Assembly: GCA_965240325.2 (NCBI GenBank)
Contig: OZ251233.1
Location: forward strand, 1,736,001-1,800,000
Source of the DNA: Rebecca billardiae RCC1528
Taxonomy: Eukaryota > Protista > Haptophyta
Length of the DNA: 64,000 nt
Reading direction: 5' to 3'
In this document: positions 13,106 to 23,817 of the stretch, one piece after another
Layout of the letters: every line of letters starts with the position of its first letter
Numbering within the stretch: position 1 is the first letter of the stretch
The notes under the pieces: generated by a model
What the model was told of the DNA's origin: nothing
Database searches by the model: none
Seen by the model: the letters and a program-made list of their open reading frames with translations, nothing else
Program-made: the position numbers and the translations under genes

Positions 13106-14864
13106 TCAGCGCTGCGCCTCCTTCGCTCGCAGCTCCTCCAGCTTGGCGAAGGTCCCCGTCGCGAGGATCTCGTCGATCTTGTCGGCCGTGCCCTTGCCGA
13201 CGCCGTCCACCTTGGTCGCCTTGGCGATGAGCGTCTTCCCCTCCTTGATCTCGTACTCGAGATTCATCAGCCCGGAGACGGCCTTGCGCGTGCTCGCGGC
13301 CGCGTGCCGCCCGTCCTCTGCGCGCGCGGCGGCGGAGGCGGCGGCGGTGGCGGTGGCGGTGGCAGCAGCATACCACGCACCCGCGCGCGCGACACGATCA
13401 GCGTCCGGCCGCGCTCCGCCGCGCTCCGCCGCGCTCCCCGGCGTGCGCGCACGCAGCGGCAGCCGTTTGTGTGATGGGCTGCGGGCGCGCGCGGGTGTGC
13501 GCGTGCGCGCGCACCGAGATTCTGCACCAGGTCGGCGTACTCCTTGAGCAGCGTGCAGATGGTGGCGTTCTTCTCGTTGCGGCACTTCAGCTCCTTCTGC
13601 ACCTTGCGCGGGAACTTGCGCTTGAGCTCCTTCAGCGCGGCCGCCGGGTCGACGTCACCGTCGTCACGGATGGTGGCCTGAAGCGCCGTGCCCGCCGCGA
13701 TCAGCGCGGACGGCTCGTCGTCCGGCAGGCTGAGCTCCTGCGCGCGCGCGAGCTCGACGAGGCGCGCGGCGGCGGCGCGGCGGTCGAGCCCTTCGAACTC
13801 GGACGCGTCGAGCTTCGCCTCGCCCTTCGCCTCGCCCTTGCCCTCGCCGCCCTCGCCGCCGTCCTCGCTCTCGCGCTTGCCCTCGTGGGGCTGTCGCCAC
13901 CGGTGCCGCTGCGAGCGCAGCTGCGCGCTCTGCGCTTTGTACCCGCACTGCGCGCGGGGCGGGCCGCCGCGTGGGGGCGCACGCGAGGCTCAGCGCGGCG
14001 CGGCGCGGACGCGCCCGCGCCGCGCGCCCGCGCCCGAGCGCGCCCCTCAGCGCGCGCACGTTCACCCACGCGCTCAGCGTCTCGGAGTAGTGGCCTCGGC
14101 ACTCGAATGAGCCCGCCTCCTTCTCGCAGCGGCGCAGCCTGCCCTTCTCGCACATGGGGCAGTCGGGGAGCGCGCCGTGGAGGTCGCCGTCGACGCAGAG
14201 CGAGACCAGCTCCGGCTTCGGCCCTGCACACGCGCGCCGCCCGCCGACGGGGCCGCGGCCGCTGAGCGCGCCGCGCGCGACCACGGCTCGCATGCGCAAG
14301 GCACAGGACCGCGCTGCCGCCTCGCGCGCACCCGTCTTGACCTGCCGGTTCACGTCGAGGAACTCCTTGAGCGCGGGGATCGGCATGCTCGCGTACTTGG
14401 TCCACGCCTCTGCGAAGCCCGGCTCGCCACAGTTCGGGTCGCTGCTCGGCGGATCGTCCGCCGACAGGCGCGGCTTCTTGGCGGCCGACTTGAGGCTGCC
14501 GCCGCACATCTCGTCGATGCTCGCCTTGTCCTTGGGCTCCAGTGTGTCGTACCCCTCGATGCTCTCCGCCTGCGCGTGCAACAACACGCGTCAACGTCCC
14601 CGCGCCGGCTCAGCGCGCGCCCGGAACGCGCGCGTGGCCGCGCGCGCGCGCGCGCGCACTCGCGTGCTTCGGTGCGCGCACCTCGAGCACCTCCTTCTTG
14701 GGCTGGGGCATGCACGCCGGGTGGTACCAGGAGGTCATCTCCGCGTCGCCCTTGGTGAAGACCACGCCGATGCGCAGCTCGCCCTTGTCGAGCTTCTGCT
14801 TGCACTTCTTGCACGCCGACCGGTTGGACTTGGCATATTCCGCGACGCGCTTGGAGCTCGACAT
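13106..14864 (-). CDS. zf-PARP + PADR1 (PARP Zn3) + Pol-beta-type HhH (HHH_8) fusion protein; exons 14864-14682, 14569-14332, 14223-14060, 13947-13515, 13317-13106
   Basis: AEYAKSNRSACKKC...WYHPAC matches zf-PARP. DGDLHGALPDCPMC...FECRGH...WVNC matches PADR1. KVDGVGKGTADKIDEILATG matches the Pol beta 8-kDa domain. All four introns are GT-AG and phase-compatible. Confidence 0.85.
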
Positions 14865-14978
14865 GGCGGTCGCGCCCTCCTCGGTCGGCCACCCGCTCAG
14901 CCTGCGCCACCCGCCACCCAAAGAGTTGAGAGTCCGGGCGCGATCATTTTTCGGTAATCTTTTTATTTGCGCCGATGA

Positions 14979-14990
14979 TTTTGGCGGGAA
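14979..14990. promoter_or_regulatory. Candidate E2F-binding site TTTTGGCGGGAA
   Basis: Matches the E2F consensus about 115 bp upstream of a DNA-repair-type gene. Confidence 0.35.
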
Positions 14991-15295
14991 CGCAGCAGCA
15001 CGAGGCGCGGCCAAGCCGCGCGCGCTTCCTTTGTGGTTCGGCGGCGCGCACGCGTGCGCCTGCTTGACCGTTTGCAAACGCAAACGAGGGCAAGGGTCGG
15101 TTGCCCGATTTCGTCGTATTGGTCCTAAATCGACGTGGTTCTTTCACTGTGTTGTGGTCGCGCCGAAAAGGAAGCGCCCTCAACGTTGAAGCGCTGGCCA
15201 GTCACGATTCAGCGGTTCAACCTGACCCAAACTGGCCGGTTTGAGACTGCCCGTCCGACGAGATACCCGCCGTTCACTCCGCCGCGCCAGCCGCC

Positions 15296-15889
15296 ATGCA
15301 GCCGCACATCGCCCTCACGTTTGCCGTGCTCGCGCTGGCCTCCACGCCAACGCGGGTTAAGGCACACCGTGCGCGCGCGCTTGTCACAACTCGCTCGCCC
15401 TCGCTCACCCGCGCGCGCGTCGTGTCGTACAAGGACGGCACTGAAGACGACGACCTGCCGACACCGGATGTCTTCCCGCCCACGCCGGAGGAGGACACGT
15501 ACGACGAGATGCACACGCTGCTGCGCCACGGACCGATCGCCTTCTTCCACCGAGTCATCAGCAAAGGCGAGTACGAGCGCGGTATCGAGATGTTCGCGCT
15601 GCGCACGGGCTGCTCCAAGAAGGTCGCACAAGGGAACATCGATGCGGCGCTGGCCGACCCCAACTCGTGGGTGTTCAACAAGCTGCACGCCGACGACACG
15701 AAGGAGCCGGACTACGCCAACGTCAACTCGAAGCCGCACCAGCTGGCCCTTACCGCGGCGTGGGGTCTTGGCGTGACTTCACTCATCGTCAAGGCTGCAT
15801 GCGGTGTGCCCATTTGGCTTGGGAACCACCCCGACTGGCAGGACTACTGCGCAAAGCTTATGAGCGGCATCCCCAACATCTTCCACTAA
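15296..15889 (+). CDS. Hypothetical protein with signal peptide and one TM helix, possibly plastid-targeted
   Basis: Hydrophobic N-terminus followed by a basic S/T-rich segment, coding-like codon usage, and a C-terminal hydrophobic helix. Confidence 0.75.
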   Translation: MQPHIALTFAVLALASTPTRVKAHRARALVTTRSPSLTRARVVSYKDGTEDDDLPTPDVFPPTPEEDTYDEMHTLLRHGPIAFFHRVISKGEYERGIEMFALRTGCSKKVAQGNIDAALADPNSWVFNKLHADDTKEPDYANVNSKPHQLALTAAWGLGVTSLIVKAACGVPIWLGNHPDWQDYCAKLMSGIPNIFH

Positions 15890-17114
15890 CGCGGGCGATG
15901 CTCGATGGGACGGCTACGAGAAGACGGCAGCCGAACACGGCCGCACACGGGGAAGACGCATGCAGTCGCGCACGGTGCACCCCCAATGCACATGTGGGCG
16001 ACGACGCGGCGCGCCGCACGGCGAATCGGCGAGGTCGCGAGGCCATCGAGAGCTAGTCTCCAACGGCCTGCTGGGTACACGGTCGGCGACATGGTCGATC
16101 GGTCAGGCTCGCCCTCGGCAAGCCTCCAACCAAGTCTCAAATTCAAGAGCTCGAATGCGCTTCGTAAATATATGCGCGTGCTGTCATCGCTCTGAGAGTC
16201 TCAGAGGCGGCTCTTCGTCGTGCAGCGCGGGCGGAAGGGCTCCCAGGCTGCCAGGAGTACCACGGTAGTCAGCACGGCTCCACTGTCAGCGTTACTCTAG
16301 AACCTCATCTGACAATAATGCAATAATGCATTTACCAATGCGATTAGATCGACAGTGCTGACTCAGACATCTGCGTCCGATACGGTTAAGCCGCTGATGA
16401 TTCCTGTAATGAACTAGCTGCGTGCTGATGCCGATTAAGTTACAAAGTAATAATTTCAAATAATTCATAAAATATACTAGCTGTGTCGGGCCTGAATAAT
16501 AAATCAGTGTATCAGCCGATATATACAGTAGCAACTTTCTCCATGCTGACTGACTCACTTAGGAATGTGCATGCACGGTCCGCAATGAGTTCGGCCGCAG
16601 CTGATTAGCAGGCTCCTCTTCTGTCTTTTGCAGCCGCTCGTTAGTCGGTACCGCACCTCGTGGCGTGTACGGTAGTGCCAGCTGACATCCGGACCTGCAC
16701 CATCGCCCTCGCTCGGGGCACAGCAGGGCCATGCGAGCCGCGCAGCGCAGGTGGATCGCGCTCCAGCAGCTCAAGGCCGCGCTCAAGCAATCCGATCGCG
16801 GTGCAAGCTATGCTCTGCCACCAACGCCGACTTCGTGTCGACGATCGGGCACTGCCGCCGACGAATCAGGAGACCCGCGTCGTCCTACCGGTGTCGTTAA
16901 ATCATAGAATGGGTATGATACCTACGGCGCTGTCCCGGACCGGCAGGTACTGAGCTGTAGCACTGCTTGTTTCAGCCACGGCCAGACTTGCTGAAAAAAC
17001 AGCGTCAGGAGAAATTCGCGACGATGATGCGGTTTTCGCCGCGGTGATCTCCAGATCATGAGGTCAACCCGCACGCGAAGATTCACGTCCGGAGCGGGAC
17101 TCGTCCTGGGCACG

Positions 17115-18185
17115 ATGTCCAGGCGCAGCCGGCCGTACCTGGTCGCCCTCGCGCGCGTGATGACGCTGGCGCTAGTGGAAGGGATGCGCATCCCCGAGCC
17201 GCCCCTGGCGCGTGTGTGCGCGTCGGCCCCCGCTACGCTCCTCCACCGCGCGCCGCTTCGCGTCGTCCTCTCCGCAAACTCTGCAAACGCTCGTGATCTG
17301 TCCACCCCTCCGAGCTCAGCGTCCGTCGCGAAGGGCGCGGACGCCGCCGCGCCGGCGAAGCTCGACCTCGCCGGGCTCAAGAAGGAGGCGGACCGCGTGC
17401 TCAAGCGTGCTGAGAAGAAGGTGCAGAAGGCGCGCGCGCGCAGCGAATCGTGCGACGAGCGCAAGGCCGAGCTGCTCGCGCAGGCCGAGCCCTCTCTCGA
17501 TGAGCTCGACAAGCTGCCCAACTGCGACGAGCTGCGCGCGGCGCTCGACGAAGAGCTCGCGCGGCGAGAGGAGCTCGGCTCGCTGGTCACGTTGCTCGCA
17601 GAGGTGGACGGGCCGGGCCACTCGCGCTACGCCGAGGCAGTCCAGCTGGCGCGGCGCCTCGAGGTGAACGACCACCCGCCGGCTCGGCCCCGGCCTGTGC
17701 CTAAGCGCCCAAAGGGCCCGCCGGCGGCGCGTGGGCCGCGGCTGCCCTACCGCACCTTCCTGAGTGCTGGCGACGCGCAGATTCGCGTCGGGCGGACCGC
17801 GTCGGACAACGACGAGCTCAGCTGCGACCCAGCCCATCGCGACAGCGACGACTGGTGGATGCACGCCGCGGGCTGCCCGGGCTCGCACGTCGTGATCCGC
17901 GTCGACACGCTGGGCGAGGCGGGCGGCGCGCTCCCGCCGGAGGTGGAGATGGACGCCGCCATCCTGGCCGCGCGGTACTCAAAGGCTCCGCAGTCTGGCA
18001 AGGCGCGCGTGACCCTGTGCAAAGCGCGGCAGGTCTCGAAGCCACGCGGGGCCAAGCCCGGCCTCGTGCAGCTCAGCGGCTCGGTGCGCACGGTGGTGGT
18101 AGATTTTCGCAAGGAGAGGCATCGGCTGGAGCGGCTCGAGGCGACGCTCAACACCGTGCCCGGGGCATCGCGGCAGGGGCAGTGA
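17115..18185 (+). CDS. Coiled-coil plus NFACT-R (DUF814) RNA-binding domain protein
   Basis: IRVGRTASDNDELS, WMHAAGCPGSHVVIR, AAILAARYSKA and VSKPRGAKPGLV motifs. The start is uncertain (17058, 17115 or 17160). Confidence 0.85.
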   Translation: MSRRSRPYLVALARVMTLALVEGMRIPEPPLARVCASAPATLLHRAPLRVVLSANSANARDLSTPPSSASVAKGADAAAPAKLDLAGLKKEADRVLKRAEKKVQKARARSESCDERKAELLAQAEPSLDELDKLPNCDELRAALDEELARREELGSLVTLLAEVDGPGHSRYAEAVQLARRLEVNDHPPARPRPVPKRPKGPPAARGPRLPYRTFLSAGDAQIRVGRTASDNDELSCDPAHRDSDDWWMHAAGCPGSHVVIRVDTLGEAGGALPPEVEMDAAILAARYSKAPQSGKARVTLCKARQVSKPRGAKPGLVQLSGSVRTVVVDFRKERHRLERLEATLNTVPGASRQGQ

Positions 18186-18474
18186 CGCGGCTGCGCGCAC
18201 TATGCGTTGGAGAGACGGGGGCGTCGCCGCGAGTAGAGCGATATGTTGCACGTGGGCGTTCGATTATCACGCGACTCGCATGCTGGTGTCACATAGTCGT
18301 GCATGGAGTGCTAGCGGCTTAGAGCACGTTTATTTACGACGACACCCTTTTAGGCATACAGTTTACTATATATATGTTTTAACGTGCACACTTGGTTAAG
18401 GCGTGTATGAATCAATTGCCAAGTGGTCCTGGCCTCCTGAGCACTGGCAGCCATTGCTCGGGCCTGGAGCGGGA

Positions 18475-19212
18475 ATGGCGGCCCGTCGCGACAGTCGTCA
18501 TCGCGACTACCTGCCCCGTGGGTCAGCCGACCGCCCTGGTCATGCCCATCTCGCACAGATCCACGAGTTCCTGCACGTGGGCAACGAAATCGCTGCCGCG
18601 CACGCACCCGACGGCTACTTCCGTTGTGTGGTCTCTACAGTCCCTCCGCGCGATCGGAATGGTCGCCGCGATGAGCGACTTGCGACCCACGCGCTGTTCT
18701 TTGAGGACGGGCTAGGTCGGGAAACGATCGCAGGCGAGGGCGTGGCAAAACGGCAGATTGTACGCGGCGCGGCCGTGGTCAAGGCGGCACTCGATAACGG
18801 CGAGCGCACGCTCGTGCACTGCGCGTACGGCCAGAATCGCTCGACCGCGATATGTATCGCGTACGCAGTGCTGCACAAAAAGTGGGAGGCTGGTGATGCC
18901 GCCGAGTACATCTGCGAGATGATCGTCACGCAGCGGCGGTATGCGCACCCGGCGCCGTGCTCGAATCCGGTCTTCCTCCGACTTGTGGCCGAGCTGGAGC
19001 CGCAGCCTCTTGATGAGACCGAGAACGCCCGGGCCAGCCGAGCTTCCGCCGGCGCTCCGACGAGCGAGGGTCTGACCGTGCAGCCTGCGCCAGCCGCAGC
19101 CGCCTTCAATGCGGCAACGGGCACGCGCACCGGCGAGAAGACTCGTGCGGGCTCGCGACCTACTACGACCAGCAAATTGGGGAAGATCACCGCATGGCTG
19201 CATCCACGCTGA
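18475..19212 (+). CDS. Dual-specificity protein phosphatase
   Basis: IHEFLHVG, FED acid loop, VHCAYGQNRS (CX5R) and NPVF motifs. Confidence 0.85.
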   Translation: MAARRDSRHRDYLPRGSADRPGHAHLAQIHEFLHVGNEIAAAHAPDGYFRCVVSTVPPRDRNGRRDERLATHALFFEDGLGRETIAGEGVAKRQIVRGAAVVKAALDNGERTLVHCAYGQNRSTAICIAYAVLHKKWEAGDAAEYICEMIVTQRRYAHPAPCSNPVFLRLVAELEPQPLDETENARASRASAGAPTSEGLTVQPAPAAAAFNAATGTRTGEKTRAGSRPTTTSKLGKITAWLHPR

Positions 19213-19474
19213 CGGCTCGGAGCAGCCAGAGTCAGGCTGCCGGCCCCGGGCCCGGGTCAGCTTGGCCAGACTTGATGTGTCAGCTAGCCCGAGTCTACTG
19301 TCATGCCTTACTTAGTTACTTTACTGTCTTGCGGGGGTACACACTTGACACTTGTAACCACCCGTTCCACGGGGTGTTGTTCCGCCTCCAGGCGCCCCGC
19401 ACCCGGCTCGTGGCGGCAGGATGGCGATCAAGTGGCGCGTGGCCGACGTGCGGCCCGAGAGAAACGTGACTTGG

Positions 19475-20456
19475 GCGCCGCGCGCCGCGCTGGCGGGGCG
19501 GCCGGGACCCATGCGCGCCTTCGAACCCCCGGCGCCCGCGTGCTCATCGGCTTCCTCCGCCTGCGAGTAGCCCACGACCGCGCCCGCCGCGCTCTTTGAG
19601 TGGGTTGACCGCGCCCGAGCCTGCTCGCCGCCGAGCGCAGGGATGAGTTGAGCACGGCGCGAGGCGGCGATGGCGGTCGGGCGATCGCATGAGCCCATTT
19701 GGGCCCCATCTGCCACGGCGCGACCGCTTCAGCATGCGTATGTGACCCCACATGTCATGGTTGTCTCATGTCGGGTAGCAGGTGAGCACTGTCGGCCAGC
19801 ATGTCCGCGCGCGCGCGCGCGCTCGCGCAAGGCTATACAGGTCGGATGCCGCTCCGTGGCGTCTCGTGATGTCTGCACTACGCAAACTGGCTGGCACGAT
19901 TGGTCCGCATCTGTAGTTATGCGACGCCTGCCGTGTTCGCGACGAGAAGTCAAGCAAGTTCTTCTGGCGACCAGAGTTGCCGTCAGCATTGACGCACGTT
20001 GCGAGCTGGCAGAGCAGTGAAGGTCATGCCCTTGCTGGCCCACGCTGGGCAATACACGGTAATCAGCATGTCCTGATGCCAACTGTGATGTGTTTCCGAC
20101 CCGTCTGGCCCTGCACAGGCGCGGCGCGCGCGGACACGCTGGCCAACAGTGCTCGCCCGCTACCCGACATCCATGACAAGTGGGGTCACATACGCATTCT
20201 GAAGCGGTCGCGCCGTGGCAGATGGGGCCCAAATGGGCTCATGCGATCGCCCGATCGCGATCGCCGCCTCGCGCCGTGCTCAACTCATCCCTGCGCTCGG
20301 CGGCGAGCAGGCTCGGGCGCGGTCAACCCACTCAAAGAGCGCGGCGGGCGCGGTCGTGGGCTACTCGCAGGCGGAGGAAGCCGATGAGCACGCGGGCGCC
20401 GGGGGTTCGAAGGCGCGCGTGGGTCCCGGCCACCCCGCCAGCGCGGCGCGCGGCGC
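19475..20456. repeat. Inverted repeat, arms ~19475-19812 and ~20124-20456
   Basis: The arms are reverse complements with a few substitutions and a 7-bp indel. They give near-identical ORF translations on opposite strands. Confidence 0.9.
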
Positions 20457-20561
20457 AAACAGCAACTCCTCGACAGCAGAGCGCGTGGATCGCCGCGACG
20501 TCGACGTCGCCCGCCCGCCCCCGCCCCCTCTCAACGGCCGCGGCCCCGCGTGCGCCCACTG

Positions 20562-20612
20562 TGGTCCGGGAGCTCATGAGGTCGTGTCACGACCTCATGA
20601 GCTCCCGGACCA
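20562..20612. repeat. Perfect palindrome, 25-bp arms with a 1-nt spacer
   Basis: tggtccgggagctcatgaggtcgtg-t-cacgacctcatgagctcccggacca. Confidence 0.95.
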
Positions 20613-20645
20613 TGTCCGAACTAATCGCCTTTCTGGAACGGGTGG

Positions 20646-23600
20646 AGGCCATTCCACCGAAATCAGCCGGCGGGTGGGGACCCCAGAAGCGCCTTCGGGT
20701 GGGGAGGTCCCCACCCGAGCGCGCACTCGGGTGGGGAGGGCGAGCTCCGCAGTGCGCGGCCGCCGGCGACGCGCACCGCGGTCGTCGCTCGAGTCTCCGC
20801 GGCGCGCGCGCGAGTCTGCGCGGCCCGCGCGCGCGTCCTACGGGCGCGCACGGCCAATCTGCCCTCGCGCGCCGCTGGCTGCGCGCCTCTCCGCCGCTCA
20901 CGCCGCTCGCCAATGGCCCGCGACTGCGCGTCGGCACGTTTGTCCGCTGCGGCCGACCGCGAACGCGCACAGGCGGGCACAAGGAAGTCGGACGATGATT
21001 TGCTGTCGTGTTGTGCGCGGACCATGTGTATGCGCTCCGCCCAGCCGCGCGCGTCGGTCGCGCACGCCGACCAAGGCGAGCTCGAGCGCGCGCGCAAGCT
21101 GGCGCTCGCGCGTTTTGGACCCATGAAGGTGCCAGCGACTCGAGCGCGCCCAAGCGTCGGTAGAGCGCGCGCCGCGCTCGCGCGAGGAGCTGTGTGGTCG
21201 CAGATCGCCCGCACGCTTGCGCCCTGGGCGATCCGCGCCCTCGCATGCGCCAGCCGCGCGAGGCAGCGGCGCGTCGCACATGCCGGCCGCGCGAGCGCGG
21301 CGCGCGCCAAGCCTGCGTGCAGCGGCCGCAGCTGGTGTGCCTCTGAGCCTCAGCTGTGTGCTAGCCTGCGCGAGGATGCGGACGGCGCGCAGGGCGTACA
21401 CTTGAACGGGTAGGTTGTGTACCAGCGCGGTGGCGCACCTAAGCCTCTTCTGATCCTCGCACGTGCTTCGTCTTTGGATAGCACATCAGCAGAATCGTCA
21501 CGACAGACTCCCAAGTCCGCGCTGCGTTGCTGTCGCCAGGCAGGTGAGGGCTGCGCAACCAGTCGCCACACGACACCACCATCGTCTCCGGCTGTCATGA
21601 CGAGGACGCGTACAGCCCGGTACTGACTCGGGCGTTCAGCGCCACGCGTACTCACCTCGAATGGAGTCGCTGCGCGCGCATTCGGAATCAACGCCAGTGA
21701 TAGCCCCGAAGGAGTGCTCTGCACAGCATCGATGCAGACGCGAGCGTGGGCGAGGAGCAACATGGGCGCTAGGCGGCAACGACTGCGTGTTGATTGATCG
21801 ACTCATGCTGCGATGAGGACTCAGTGGCAAGGGCCCTCAGCCGTTGATGTATGGCAGGCGCAGTGACGTCGGCTCAGCATGGAGCACGGGGCTTGACGTG
21901 TGACGCGTCTGAGCAGCTTTCTGTCGTGGTCGTGATTGAACCGCACTCGGTGCGGGCTGCACGGCGCATGCCGTCGCAGCGGACCGGCCTCGGCCGCGCG
22001 GCCGCCTGCCCTGGGATCGGTCGGCGGGCCCGTCGGCGCCCGCCCGCTGACTGCGGCGAGACTCTGGATGAGACCGAGTCCGATGGCCGCGGTGGCTCGC
22101 GGCGACGCGCGCGCGCGGCCCACTTGGCCTGTCGCCGCCGCGGCCTGCGGTGGCGCGCAAGGCTCAGGTCACACGGGCTGCGCTGGGCCGCGCAGCGCCG
22201 CCGCGCTTTTATCAGCAGCCTCGGCCGCGGCCGCCGCGGTGGCTGGCCGCCTGACGGCCGGTGCTCGCAGGCCGCAGCCCACGCATCCTCGTGGCAGTCT
22301 GCACGCAGAGGATGGCAGACCGGCTAACGGCGGCCTCGGCGGCCGCGAGCAGTCCCTTCATCTTCGGTTGACGGCGTGTCGGCGGCCAAGAGGTGGCACG
22401 GGCGGCCACGGTCGTGTCGACTCAGTGCCTCTGACGCCGCGCCTTTGTCGTCCCAGTCAGTGCCAGACTGCCGCCGTGGACGACTTGGATGCCAATGCGG
22501 TTGCCTTGACGAGCGCGTGCGGTCGTTGCGCCTGAAGTGTCTCTGACAGAGCTGATGGCTATGCCGGACGAACTTGCCGCCGCGGAGCCATCGGCGGTGC
22601 CTGACGCACCGCCATCGCCGCGCCGATGCGCATTCGCCGCGCCAGCGCCACGCAGTCCGGACTCCTGCGCCAACCCCCAGCTGATGCGGTCCGTGCTCGG
22701 GAACACGGCGCAGCTGGACACACTCTGCGCGCACAGCCTTCTTGCGCGCTTACCAGCCAGAGTGAGTGGCACAGCACGTGGCCAATTCGGGCGTGGCGTG
22801 CGTCTGAGGCGGCGCTGTGTGACAATGTGCTCGCTGTGAACGGCGCTGTCGACCACAGCGCAGGCGGCCACGATGCAACGAGGTGTGGCCGCGACGCGTG
22901 CGTACATTGTACTGCCGAAACTAGCGTACCTGCGCCACTATTCAAGTGACAATGCCCGCGTCTGACACGCTCTTGGTCCCGCGAGCATGCTGTCCCCTTG
23001 TCTCAGCCTATGACTCAGACTGACTAGCACCGTTGTCTAATGGCATCGAGTAGGCTACAGGTAGCAAGGCGCGCGCCGAGCTCGCGCGGCCGGCATGTGC
23101 GACGCGCCGCTGCCTCGCGCGGCTGGCGCATGCGAGGGCGCGGATCGCCCAGGGCGCAAGCGTGCGGGCGATCTGCGACCACACAGCTCCTCGCGCGAGC
23201 GCGGCGCGCGCTCTACCGACGCTTGGGCGCGCTCGAGTCGCTGGCACCTTCATGGGTCCAAAACGCGCGAGCGCCAGCTTGCGCGCGCGCTCGAGCTCGC
23301 CTTGGTCGGCGTGCGCGACCGACGCGCGCGGCTGGGCGGAGCGCATACACATGGTCCGCGCACAACACGACAGCAAATCATCGTCCGACTTCCTTGTGCC
23401 CGCCTGTGCGCGTTCGCGGTCGGCCGCAGCGGACAAACGTGCCGACGCGCAGTCGCGGGCCATTGGCGAGCGGCGTGAGCGGCGGAGAGGCGCGCAGCCA
23501 GCGGCGCGCGAGGGCAGATTGGCCGTGCGCGCCCGTAGGACGCGCGCGCGGGCCGCGCAGACTCGCGCGCGCGCCGCGGAGACTCGAGCGACGACCGCGG

Positions 23601-23730
23601 TGCGCGTCGCCGGCGGCCGCGCACTGCGGAGCTCGCCCTCCCCACCCGAGTGCGCGCTCGGGTGGGGACCTCCCCACCCGAAGGCGCTTCTGGGGTCCCC
23701 ACCCGCCGGCTGATTTCGGTGGAATGGCCT
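20646..23730. mobile_element. Non-autonomous foldback/TIR DNA element with ~663-bp TIRs (to 21308 and from 23068) and 7-bp TSD CGGGTGG
   Basis: The arms are near-identical reverse complements (one mismatch seen, near the inner end). CGGGTGG lies directly at 20639-20645 and 23731-23737. No transposase was recognised. Confidence 0.85.
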
Positions 23731-23817
23731 CGGGTGGTATGCAATACGGGAGAGGTCGCGGTGGGCAAAGGCGGAGCGCCGTCCGCGGCCTTGGTCGAGT
23801 CTCGCCGCGGCGAAAGC

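Noticed and set aside
15905-16195. ORF ending LKFKSSNALRKYM, faintly MBD-like
   Set aside because: The similarity is too short and there is no supported gene structure.
20385-20425. gggggttcgaa resembling a tRNA T-loop (also inverted near 19520)
   Set aside because: There is no T-stem pairing and no cloverleaf.
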